NCBI GenBank assembly: GCA_964624265.1
Contig: CAZUYG010000001.1
Location: forward strand, 1-28,017
Direction of reading: 5' to 3'
DNA: 28,017 nucleotides
DNA from: an uncultured Candidatus Odyssella sp.
GTDB taxonomy: Bacteria > Pseudomonadota > Alphaproteobacteria > Bin65
Shown: positions 6,920 to 14,782 of the stretch, piece after piece
How positions within the stretch are numbered: the stretch's first letter is position 1
How the letters are laid out: each line of letters starts with the position of its first letter
The notes under the pieces: model-generated
What the model was told of the DNA's origin: nothing
The model's database searches: none
The model's input: the letters and a program-made list of their open reading frames with translations, nothing else
Translations under genes and position numbers: made by a program

Positions 6920-8161
6920 TCAGCTCGCGGCCGCGGAGGCCGGCGTCGCGCGGCGGTGGAGGCCGGCGATTTCCCGGCAGATCCAGTCGACGTCGCGTTC
7001 CTCCAGCGCCTCGCTGGTGGGCAGGTAGAGCCCCTGCCGGCAGAGCGATTCGGCGACTGGAAACCGGCGGCCGCGGAAGCGGTCGAAATAAACCGGCTGA
7101 ATGTTGATCGGCACGAAGAAGGTGCGCGTTTCGATGCCGCGCGCGGCGAGCTGCCGGCGCAACTCGTCGCGGCCGATGCCGAAGGCCGCGCCGATCCGGA
7201 TCGCATACATCCAGAACACGCTGCGCGCGCCTTCGGCCTCGCCGGGCAGCTCGAGGCCGGGAATCGCGCGCAGGCGTTCGTCGTAGAGCGCGCGCAGGCG
7301 GCGGCGCGCGGCCACGATTTCGGCCATCCGCTCGGTCTGCGCCAGACCCAGCGCGGCCTGCAGATTCGTCAAGCGATAGTTGAACCCGAGATACTCGTGC
7401 CAGAAATGGCGCTCCGGGTGGAAGGCGTGGTCGCGCAGCCGGCGCAGCACGCGCTCCAGCGCGGCGTCGTTCGTCGTCACCATGCCGCCTTCGCCGCTGG
7501 TCACGATCTTGTTCGCGTAGAACGAAAAGGTGCCGGCCCGGCCGAGGCCGCCCACGCGCCCGCCGTCCAGCTCGGCGCCGTGCGCCTCGGCCGCGTCCTC
7601 GACGAGCGCGATGCCGCGTGCGTCGGCGATCGCGCGCAGCCGCCGCATCTCCGCCGGATGCCCGTAGATGTGCACGGCCACGATCGCGCGGGTGCGCGGC
7701 GTGATCGCCGCCTCCACGCGATCCGGGTCGATGTTGCCATGCACCGGCTCGGCGTCGACGAGCACCGGCTCGGCGCCGGTGTAGCGCACGGCGTTGGGGG
7801 TCGCGATCATCGTGAACGCCGGCACGATCACCTCGTCGCCGGGACCGATGCCCAGCGCCGCCAGGGCCAGATGCAGCGCCACCGTTCCGTTGGCGCAGGC
7901 CACCGCATGTTCGCAGCCGGCTTCGGGCGCGAAGGCGCGCTCGAAGCGCGTCACGAACGGGCCGCGCGAGGAGACCCAGTTGGTGTCCACGCACTCGGCA
8001 AGATAGCGCCGCTCGTTGCCGGTCAGCCGCGTCTCGGCCACCGGATAGGCGCCGCCGCGGCGCGGGCCGGACGGGCAGCGGCCGAGCGCGGGCTCGGGAT
8101 CGGGCACGATCTCCCGGATCGACTCCCAATCTTCCGGGGCGAGCTTTGCGGGGGTCAGCAT
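6920..8161 (-). CDS. DegT/DnrJ/EryC1/StrS PLP-dependent nucleotide-sugar aminotransferase, perosamine synthase (Per/RfbE)-like
   Basis: GNERRYLAECVDTNWVSSRGPFV..FE, NGTVALHLAL, VEDAAEAHG, FSFYANKIVTSGEGG (PLP Lys), GFNYRLTNLQAALG, GLYLPTS. Confidence 0.92.
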   Translation of the reverse strand: MLTPAKLAPEDWESIREIVPDPEPALGRCPSGPRRGGAYPVAETRLTGNERRYLAECVDTNWVSSRGPFVTRFERAFAPEAGCEHAVACANGTVALHLALAALGIGPGDEVIVPAFTMIATPNAVRYTGAEPVLVDAEPVHGNIDPDRVEAAITPRTRAIVAVHIYGHPAEMRRLRAIADARGIALVEDAAEAHGAELDGGRVGGLGRAGTFSFYANKIVTSGEGGMVTTNDAALERVLRRLRDHAFHPERHFWHEYLGFNYRLTNLQAALGLAQTERMAEIVAARRRLRALYDERLRAIPGLELPGEAEGARSVFWMYAIRIGAAFGIGRDELRRQLAARGIETRTFFVPINIQPVYFDRFRGRRFPVAESLCRQGLYLPTSEALEERDVDWICREIAGLHRRATPASAAAS

Positions 8162-8162
8162 G

Positions 8163-9653
8163 TCAGGCCAGCGCGGCGGCCGCGCGCGCGGTCATCGCCT
8201 CGCTGCGCTCCAGAACGGCGGCATGGGCGCCGCGCGGCTCGGCGGGCAGATGCTGGCGGAAGATCGCGACCAGCCGGTCGCGCAGCTCCGGGTCGAGCCA
8301 CGCGCAAAAGCCTTCGCGAAAGCCGATCCGGGGCGGCGGCGGATAGTGGCGCACGCGCCGCTGCAAATCGCGGAACGCCGCGACGATGCCGCGCGTGCGC
8401 CGCGCAAACAGCCGCAGCGGATTTCCCCGCGCGGCGACGCGCGCGAGGTGCCAGAGCGGAATGCGCCGGATCGTGTCGCAGACGATCTGCTCGAAGCGGT
8501 AGGAGACGATCTCGCGCGGCGTGGCGTCCGCGCCCGGCGCCTCGCTCCAGCGCGTTTTCCAGGTCCGCGCGAATCCCGCGAGCGCCTCGAGGTCCAGGCC
8601 CATCCGCTGCGGATCGAAGCCCGCGGCGAGCGCGTTGCACGCGATGCGCAGGCACTGTCCGCAGCGGCTGCACGCGGCCTCGGCCGTGCCCACCATCCAG
8701 CACGAATATTGCAGATCGGAGATGTCCGGATAGCGCGTCCACAGCAGGTGCTGCACGTGATTGCTGTAGAGCGGCCAGGTCAGCGAGCCGTAACGGATGC
8801 CGTAGGGCGCGAGTAGCGCCGAGATCGCGCGCTGCGTCGCCGCCGAATACATGAAGTGCGGATGCTGCACGATGCGGCCCGCGATCGTGGCGTTCTCCTG
8901 CACCTCCACCTCCGAAGCCACGAACAGGTGCGTGGCGCCGGTGGCCGCGCCCGCCGCCAGCAGCGCGCCGGTGTAGAGATAGGTGTCGGCAATCTCGTTC
9001 ACGCCGATGGCATAGCCGTAAACCGAGGCGAATGTCTGGTCCCAGTTCGCGCGAAGATCGCTTTCCACCTCGATGAACTTCACGTCGCGCCGGGCCTGGA
9101 TCGCGGCGAACACCTCCCGCCGGCGCACCGTCTCGTGGTCCTTGGTTTCGGGCATCGGGCTCGTCGTCGCCACGAGCAGCGGCTGCCCGGTCAGTTCCGC
9201 GAGCAGCGCTGTCTGCAAGAGGCTGTCTTTGCCGCCGCTGAACGCAGTGCCGTAGCCGCCGCCTTCGATCCGCGTGCGGGCGATCTCCCGGTCTCCGCCG
9301 CGGATTTCGATTCCGAGCGTATCCGGCGGCGGCGCCGGGCCGCGGTTGTTCGGGTAGGCGGCCAATGTATCCAAGGCCGTGCGGAGGCATTCCTGCCAGA
9401 AGCGCGTCTCGCGGGGCCCGAGCTTCACCGGCAGGCGAACTTCGCAAGGGCGCAGCAGCAGCCAGTGCGAATGAACCACGATCAGGAAGATGTCCCACCA
9501 CAGCCGCTCCGGCACGCGCGCAAGGTCGATCGATTCCGGGAAGCGCAGCGTGAACTCGGTCTTGCGGTACAGCGGCGTGGGCGGCGTCACCTGCCAGCGG
9601 AAGGTCGCTGTCCGCCCCTGGACGAGCGGCGGCTCTAGGTGAATCTGACGCAT
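8163..9653 (-). CDS. PP-loop (adenine nucleotide alpha-hydrolase-like) protein with 4-Cys cluster, MurL/QueC-like
   Basis: AFSGGKDS PP-loop; SCWMVGTAEAACSRCGQC (C-x9-C-x2-C-x2-C); start at ATG 9653 (alternative 9671); the track's extension to 10247 overlaps another gene. Confidence 0.8.
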   Translation of the reverse strand: MRQIHLEPPLVQGRTATFRWQVTPPTPLYRKTEFTLRFPESIDLARVPERLWWDIFLIVVHSHWLLLRPCEVRLPVKLGPRETRFWQECLRTALDTLAAYPNNRGPAPPPDTLGIEIRGGDREIARTRIEGGGYGTAFSGGKDSLLQTALLAELTGQPLLVATTSPMPETKDHETVRRREVFAAIQARRDVKFIEVESDLRANWDQTFASVYGYAIGVNEIADTYLYTGALLAAGAATGATHLFVASEVEVQENATIAGRIVQHPHFMYSAATQRAISALLAPYGIRYGSLTWPLYSNHVQHLLWTRYPDISDLQYSCWMVGTAEAACSRCGQCLRIACNALAAGFDPQRMGLDLEALAGFARTWKTRWSEAPGADATPREIVSYRFEQIVCDTIRRIPLWHLARVAARGNPLRLFARRTRGIVAAFRDLQRRVRHYPPPPRIGFREGFCAWLDPELRDRLVAIFRQHLPAEPRGAHAAVLERSEAMTARAAAALA

Positions 9654-9704
9654 CGGAAATCCCCGAGACATCGCGTTTTCCGGCGCGCGCCGAAGCGAGT
9701 CAAG

Positions 9705-9723
9705 GCCGGCTGCGGCAGCCGGC
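9705..9723 (-). terminator. GC hairpin downstream of the cytochrome c gene
   Basis: gccggctgc-g-gcagccggc inverted repeat 14 nt after the stop at 9737; no U-tract. Confidence 0.35.
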
Positions 9724-9736
9724 GGCGCGGCGCCGA

Positions 9737-10213
9737 TTACTTGAGCCGATAGCCGGCATGGCAGCCGACGCAGGCGCTCATTAGCTGTCCGAGCGCGCCG
9801 AGCGCGGGCTTGAGGTCGCCGGTCGCGCCGGCATTCTGCGCCTCGATCGCGAAGCGGCTGGCAGCGCGATGCATCGCCGTGCCGGCGTCGCGCATGCCCT
9901 GCGGCATGAATTTCGCCACGTCGTGCGCGCCGTGGCGCTCGAGCGAACTCATGCCGAGTCGCTCCTCGGCGATCTTTGCCGCCTGGTCGTTGCGGCCGCC
10001 GGCCAGCGCCTCGCTGATCTCCTGCAACGCCGCCAGGTGGTCGCGCATATTGGCGAGCGTATGCGCCGCGAGCGCCGGCGGCAGATTGACGGGCGTGCGC
10101 ACATCCGCGGCAGGTTCGCCCGGCGCGTGATGGCCATGATGCTGGGCGAGCGCGAGCCCAGCTGCGAATGAGAGCGCGGTCGCCCAACCGGCAGCGTACG
10201 GCAATCGGCGCAT
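9737..10213 (-). CDS. Periplasmic monoheme class II (cytochrome c'-like) cytochrome c
   Basis: Signal peptide; His-rich mature N-terminus QHHGHH; helical body; single CVGCH heme motif at the extreme C-terminus. Confidence 0.85.
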   Translation of the reverse strand: MRRLPYAAGWATALSFAAGLALAQHHGHHAPGEPAADVRTPVNLPPALAAHTLANMRDHLAALQEISEALAGGRNDQAAKIAEERLGMSSLERHGAHDVAKFMPQGMRDAGTAMHRAASRFAIEAQNAGATGDLKPALGALGQLMSACVGCHAGYRLK

Positions 10214-10422
10214 CGGCGTATCTCTCGCGTTCTTGCCGTTCGCTCATAGACCGCGCATGCGCGCGCCGTCCACTCCGGCGCTAACGCGCGACGGCGATTG
10301 CATCCGCCGGTGAACGACACGGCAATGCGTCTTCCGCCGCGTTCGCGCGGGCGTCAAAGGCCGCGATCGAGGCGGCAGCGTTGCAGGCGGCGGCGGGAGG
10401 CGATGAAAAAGCCGGAAACGGT

Positions 10423-10499
10423 TGGCGCGCCCGAGAAGATTCGAACTCCTAACCCCCAGATCCGTAGTCTGGTGCTCTATCCAGTTGAGCTACGGGCGC
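10423..10499 (-). tRNA. tRNA-Arg (anticodon ACG)
   Basis: GCGCCCG/CGGGCGC acceptor stem, TAGCTCAACTGGATAGAGCA D arm, CCAGA-CTACGGA-TCTGG anticodon arm, GTTCGAAT T loop, encoded CCA; 77 nt. Confidence 0.98.
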
Positions 10500-10765
10500 G
10501 TGCCGGCCGTTGCAGCGGGGCCGCGTCGTAAAGCGATCGCGGCAAGCTGATATTGGCATCGGCGGACGGCCGCGCAAGGGCGGCCCGTCGAAGCGCGCGG
10601 ACATTAGCCGCGCGCGCCGGGCGAGTCCAGCGGGGCGGCCAGCCTGCGCGCATACGCCCCGCGGCCTCGATCGCGCTTTCGGAAACCGGCCTTGCCCCGG
10701 CGAGGGCGGCTTGGCAAGCTTCGCGCCGCCGGAACCGGGAGCCGGTTCCCGAGGGGGCTTCTTTC

Positions 10766-11497
10766 ATGTCGTATCGGCGCACGCTCGCCGCCGCCGCTTT
10801 CGCCCTGGCCACGCTCGCCGCGTGCGCCGATGCGGACCGGGTCGTGTTCCTGGCGCTCGTCGGCGAGGCGCCGGGCGACAAGCCGCTCTACACGGGCTTC
10901 GGGCCTTCGGCGCGGTTCGGCCGCCCGTATCCGCGCATTCCAGAGCCGGGCTATCGCCCGCCGGCGCTTCCCGACGCGCAGGCCGGCGCGGCGGGCGAAG
11001 CGGCGGCGGCCGCGCGCCAGGCGCTCAGCGACCGCGCCAGCGATTACGAATTGCGCGCGCGCTATCTGCGGGTGAGCGCCGACGAATACATCACGGCCGC
11101 TGGGCGGCTCCGGCCCTCGGTCGGCCAGCCGCTGCCGCCGTTCAACGGCACCACCCAGGCGCGGCTGACGGCGGCGCGCACGGCGCTGTCGCGCGTGCAG
11201 GGCGACGTGCTCTCGATCTACGGCATCCTCCAGCGCACCGATCAGAGCAAGGCGCAGGCCGAACGCGCGCTGGCCGCGGTCAAGGCCGCCGGCAAGGCGG
11301 CGGAAGCGCTCGCCAAGCCGCTCGCCGACGGCATCGCCGGCGTCGACCGCATGCAGAAAGACGGCGACGCGATGGTCGGCGCCTTCGTCGAATGGATGGC
11401 CGAACAGCGTAGCGCGCTCGACGCGCTCGAGGATGAAATCCGCCGCGGCGTCGCCACCGGCCCCGCGATCCTGCAGCGCGAAACGATCATCGAATAG
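10766..11497 (+). CDS. Hypothetical helical lipoprotein
   Basis: MSYRRTLAAAAFALATLAAC lipobox; Ala-rich amphipathic helices; GC3 bias. Confidence 0.75.
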   Translation: MSYRRTLAAAAFALATLAACADADRVVFLALVGEAPGDKPLYTGFGPSARFGRPYPRIPEPGYRPPALPDAQAGAAGEAAAAARQALSDRASDYELRARYLRVSADEYITAAGRLRPSVGQPLPPFNGTTQARLTAARTALSRVQGDVLSIYGILQRTDQSKAQAERALAAVKAAGKAAEALAKPLADGIAGVDRMQKDGDAMVGAFVEWMAEQRSALDALEDEIRRGVATGPAILQRETIIE

Positions 11498-11581
11498 GCG
11501 CCACGCCCCGCGCCGCCGCATGGCACCCTTCCGCCGCGTGCGTGGACGGGCCGGGCGCCGCTGGGCTATAGCTCCCGCCCC

Positions 11582-12073
11582 ATGAGCGACGAAAAAACAC
11601 GCTTCGAGAAATCCTTCCCGGTCTCCTGGCAGGAGCTGCACCGCGACGCGAAGGCGCTCGCCTGGCGGCTCTCGGAAAAGGGCGACTTCAAGGCCGTGGT
11701 CGCGATCACGCGCGGCGGCCTGGTGCCGGCGGCGATCGTGGCGCGCGAGCTCGACATGCGCCTGATCGACACGGTGTGCGTGGCCAGCTACGAGCATCAG
11801 ACCCAGGGCGAGGTGAGGATCCTCAAGGCGCCCGAGGGCGACGGCACCGGGCTCATCATCGTCGACGATCTCGTCGATACGGGCTCCACGCTGCGTCTCG
11901 TCCGCAAATTGCTGCCCAAGGCACATTTCGCGACCGTCTATGCGAAGCCCGAAGGCAAGCCCCTGGTCGACACCTACATCACCGAGGTGAGCCAGGACAC
12001 CTGGATCCATTTCCCCTGGGATACGGAGCCGCAATACGTGGCGCCGATCGCGGGCAAGCGCGTTGCCCGCTAG
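11582..12073 (+). CDS. gpt: Xanthine-guanine phosphoribosyltransferase
   Basis: [43 protein letters not shown] motif, [14 protein letters not shown]. Confidence 0.95.
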   Translation: MSDEKTRFEKSFPVSWQELHRDAKALAWRLSEKGDFKAVVAITRGGLVPAAIVARELDMRLIDTVCVASYEHQTQGEVRILKAPEGDGTGLIIVDDLVDTGSTLRLVRKLLPKAHFATVYAKPEGKPLVDTYITEVSQDTWIHFPWDTEPQYVAPIAGKRVAR

Positions 12074-13016
12074 CGCGGTTCCCTCGCGCGGCTTCGGCCT
12101 GGTCATGCTGATCGGCGTGGCGCTGGGCTGGGGCCTCAACTGGCCGGCCATGAAGCTCATCGTGGGCGAAGTGCCGCCCTGGCAGTTCCGCGCCGTCACC
12201 GGCGCCGCCGGCGCGGTGCTGCTGTTCGGGCTCGCGCGGATGCTGCGCCAGAAGCTCGCGGTGCCGCGCGAACAGTGGCTGCCGCTCGTGGCCGCGTCGC
12301 TGCTCAACGTCACCTCGTGGTTCGTGCTGATCGCCTACGGCGTGAAGCTGATGGCCTCGGGCCACGCCTCGATCCTCGGCTTCACGATGCCGATCTGGGC
12401 TGCGCTCATCGGCATGATCGCGCTCGGCGAGCGGATGAGCGCGCGCCGCTTCGCCTCGCTCGGCATGGGCGCGGTCGGAGTCGTGGTGCTGCTGTCGCAC
12501 GATTTCTCGGCGCTCGGCGCCAGCCCGCTCGGCGCTCTCGTCACGCTCGTCGGCGCTTTCAACTGGGCGATCGGCGTGCACATCCAGAAGCGCGTGAAAT
12601 GGGCGGTCGAGCCGCTGCCGCTGGCGGGCTGGCAGGTGGCGATCGGCACGCTGCCCATCGTCGTGATCGCGCTGTTCGCCGAACCCTTCGTCTATCACCG
12701 GGCGAGTTGGCCGGTGATCGGCGCCACGATCTATCTCGTCATCTATGCGCTGGCCTTCTGCTACTACGCGTGGTTCCAGGTCGTCCGCATTTTCCCCACC
12801 CACATCTCGGCGATCGGCACGCTGCTCGTGCCCATCGTCGGCGTCACGAGCTCGTCGCTGTTTCTCGGCGAGCCGTTCGGGTGGCGCGAGATGGCGGCGC
12901 TGGCGCTGGTCGTCGGCGCGGTCGCGCTGGTCATGTTCCAGCCGCCCGAACGGCCGGCCGCGGCCGCTCCGGCGAAGGGCGCCGCGCCCGCGGGCGCCGC
13001 CGGGCGCGGCGAATGA
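12063..13016 (+). CDS. DMT/EamA family transporter
   Basis: WGLNWPAMK, about 10 TM segments, LGERMS, P.VGV..S..FLGEPFG; start codon uncertain (TTG 12063 or ATG 12105). Confidence 0.9.
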   Translation: MPASAVPSRGFGLVMLIGVALGWGLNWPAMKLIVGEVPPWQFRAVTGAAGAVLLFGLARMLRQKLAVPREQWLPLVAASLLNVTSWFVLIAYGVKLMASGHASILGFTMPIWAALIGMIALGERMSARRFASLGMGAVGVVVLLSHDFSALGASPLGALVTLVGAFNWAIGVHIQKRVKWAVEPLPLAGWQVAIGTLPIVVIALFAEPFVYHRASWPVIGATIYLVIYALAFCYYAWFQVVRIFPTHISAIGTLLVPIVGVTSSSLFLGEPFGWREMAALALVVGAVALVMFQPPERPAAAAPAKGAAPAGAAGRGE

Positions 13017-13027
13017 GGTCGTAGCGC

Positions 13028-13924
13028 ATGGCCGCGCGCGGCCTGCTGCCGCCCTGGTTCTGGCTCGTGGCGCTCTGGCTCGTGTGGGGCACGAGCTGGC
13101 CGGCGATGCGCACGGTCTTCCTCGAAATGCCGGTCTGGCAATTCCGGGCCATCACCTGCGCGCTCGGCGGCGTCGCGCTGCTGGCGATCACGCGCTTCTC
13201 CGGCGCGCCGGTGCGCCTCGCGCGCGGCGATTGGGTGCCGCTGGTCCTTGCCAGCATCTTCAACATGACCGTCTTTCACGTCGCCACGGGCTACGGCCTC
13301 AAGATGATCGGCGCGGGGCACGCGGCCGTCGTCGTCTACACCCTGCCGCTCTGGACCGCGCTGCTGAGCGCGCTTGTCCTGAAGGAGCGGCTCACGCCGC
13401 GCGTCTTTCTGGGCCTTGCGCTCGGCATGGGCGGCGTCGGCGTTCTGGCCTCGCACGATTTCAAGGCGCTCGGCTCCGATCCGCTCGGCCTCGTCGTCGT
13501 TCTGTCGGCGGCGATCTGCTGGGGCGTCGGAACGGTGCTCATCAAGCGCCGCACCTGGTCCGCCGGGGTGAACGCGCTGGCCGGATGGCAGCTCATCATG
13601 GCCGCCGTGCCGATCGGCTTCGTCGCGATGTTCACCGAACGCTTCGCGCTGCACGAGGCCAGCGGTGCGGCGCTGCTCTCGGCGGCTTACATCCTCGTTT
13701 TCGGCGTCATCCTCGGCTACGCGGTGTGGTTCAAGGTGGTGAGCCTGTTCCCGGCCACGATCGCGTCGATCGGCGCGCTGGTGACGCCGGTGATCGGCAT
13801 GGCGAGCAGCGCGCTGCTGCTGGGCGAGCCGATCGGCTGGCGCGAGATCGCCGCGCTCGCGCTCGTGCTCTCGGCGGTGGCGCTGGTCATTTTCCGCCCG
13901 GCGCCCAAGCCCGCCGCGGCGTAG
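13028..13924 (+). CDS. DMT/EamA family transporter (tandem paralogue)
   Basis: WGTSWPAMR, YTLPLWTALL..LVLKERL, PVIGM..S.LLLGEPIG. Confidence 0.92.
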   Translation: MAARGLLPPWFWLVALWLVWGTSWPAMRTVFLEMPVWQFRAITCALGGVALLAITRFSGAPVRLARGDWVPLVLASIFNMTVFHVATGYGLKMIGAGHAAVVVYTLPLWTALLSALVLKERLTPRVFLGLALGMGGVGVLASHDFKALGSDPLGLVVVLSAAICWGVGTVLIKRRTWSAGVNALAGWQLIMAAVPIGFVAMFTERFALHEASGAALLSAAYILVFGVILGYAVWFKVVSLFPATIASIGALVTPVIGMASSALLLGEPIGWREIAALALVLSAVALVIFRPAPKPAAA

Positions 13925-13927
13925 CGT

Positions 13928-14782
13928 TCAAGCCGCGACGTTGTCGATGAGGCGCACCGCGCCGAGGCGCGCGGCGGCGAGCACGCGGCCGGGCCGGTCG
14001 AGCGCCGCGAGCGGCGCCAGCGTGGCCGCATCGACGACGGCGAGATAATCGATGCCCGCGAAGCCCGCGGCCAGCAGCGCCGACTTTCCCGCCTCGGTCT
14101 CGGCGGCGATGTTGCGCCCCGCGCGCGCGGCGGCGGCCAGCGCCGTGATCGTGCGATGGAGCGCCGGCGCCACGCCGCGCTCCGCCGGCGTGAGGTAAAC
14201 GTTGCGCGACGACATCGCCAGGCCGTCCGCCTCGCGCACCGTCGGGCAGCCCACGATCTCGCACGGAATGTCGAGGTCGCGCGCCATGCGCGTCACGCAG
14301 CGAAGCTGCTGGTAGTCCTTCTCGCCGAAGAACGCCTTGTCGGCCATCGCCTGCAGCAGCAGCTTCGTCACCACCGTGGCGACGCCGGCGAAATGGCCGG
14401 GCCGCGCCTCGCCCTCCCAGCGGTCGGTGATGCCGGCGAGCGAAACGGTCGTCGAAAAACCCTCGGGATACATTTCGCCGAGCGCCGGCGCGAACAGGAG
14501 ATCGCAGCCGGCCGCGGCGAGCAGCGCGCGATCCGCCTCTTCCTGGCGCGGATAGCGGGAAAAATCCTCGCGCGGACCGAACTGCTTCGGGTTCACGAAA
14601 ATCGTCGCGATCGTGCGCCGGCAGGCCGCGCGCGCCGCTTCCACCAGAGAGATGTGGCCACGGTGCAGCGCGCCCATGGTCGGAATGACGCCCACGGTTT
14701 CGCCGGCCCGCCGCCACGCGGCCACCCGGGCGCGCAACTCGGCGACGCTGCGCACGGTCTTCGTCGTCTCCGCCATGTTCAT
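13928..14782 (-). CDS. panC: Pantoate--beta-alanine ligase
   Basis: PTMGALHRGH (HxGH), IFVNPKQF, RPGHFAGVATVV.KL, FGEKDYQQL, READGLAMSSRN, RLIDN. Confidence 0.97.
   Translation of the reverse strand: MNMAETTKTVRSVAELRARVAAWRRAGETVGVIPTMGALHRGHISLVEAARAACRRTIATIFVNPKQFGPREDFSRYPRQEEADRALLAAAGCDLLFAPALGEMYPEGFSTTVSLAGITDRWEGEARPGHFAGVATVVTKLLLQAMADKAFFGEKDYQQLRCVTRMARDLDIPCEIVGCPTVREADGLAMSSRNVYLTPAERGVAPALHRTITALAAAARAGRNIAAETEAGKSALLAAGFAGIDYLAVVDAATLAPLAALDRPGRVLAAARLGAVRLIDNVAA

Noticed and set aside
6843-8854. Long alternative ORFs (6843-8129 minus, 6956-8854 plus)
   Set aside because: Frame-shifted or antisense shadows of the DegT gene.
8163-9653. QueC-based anti-phage system (Qat / CBASS type IV) or queuosine pathway
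   Set aside because: No QatA/B/D, TatD, CD-NTase, TGT or queD/E/F neighbours, and the motif order looks closer to MurL; not excluded for the protein family, but the context does not support it.
9654-10247. Apparent 694-aa fusion ORF (cytochrome region plus PP-loop protein)
   Set aside because: The first ~198 aa are low-complexity off-frame sequence overlapping the real cytochrome c gene; no evidence of a true fusion or frameshift.
10604-12313. 569-aa minus-strand ORF
   Set aside because: Antisense shadow of the lipoprotein and gpt.
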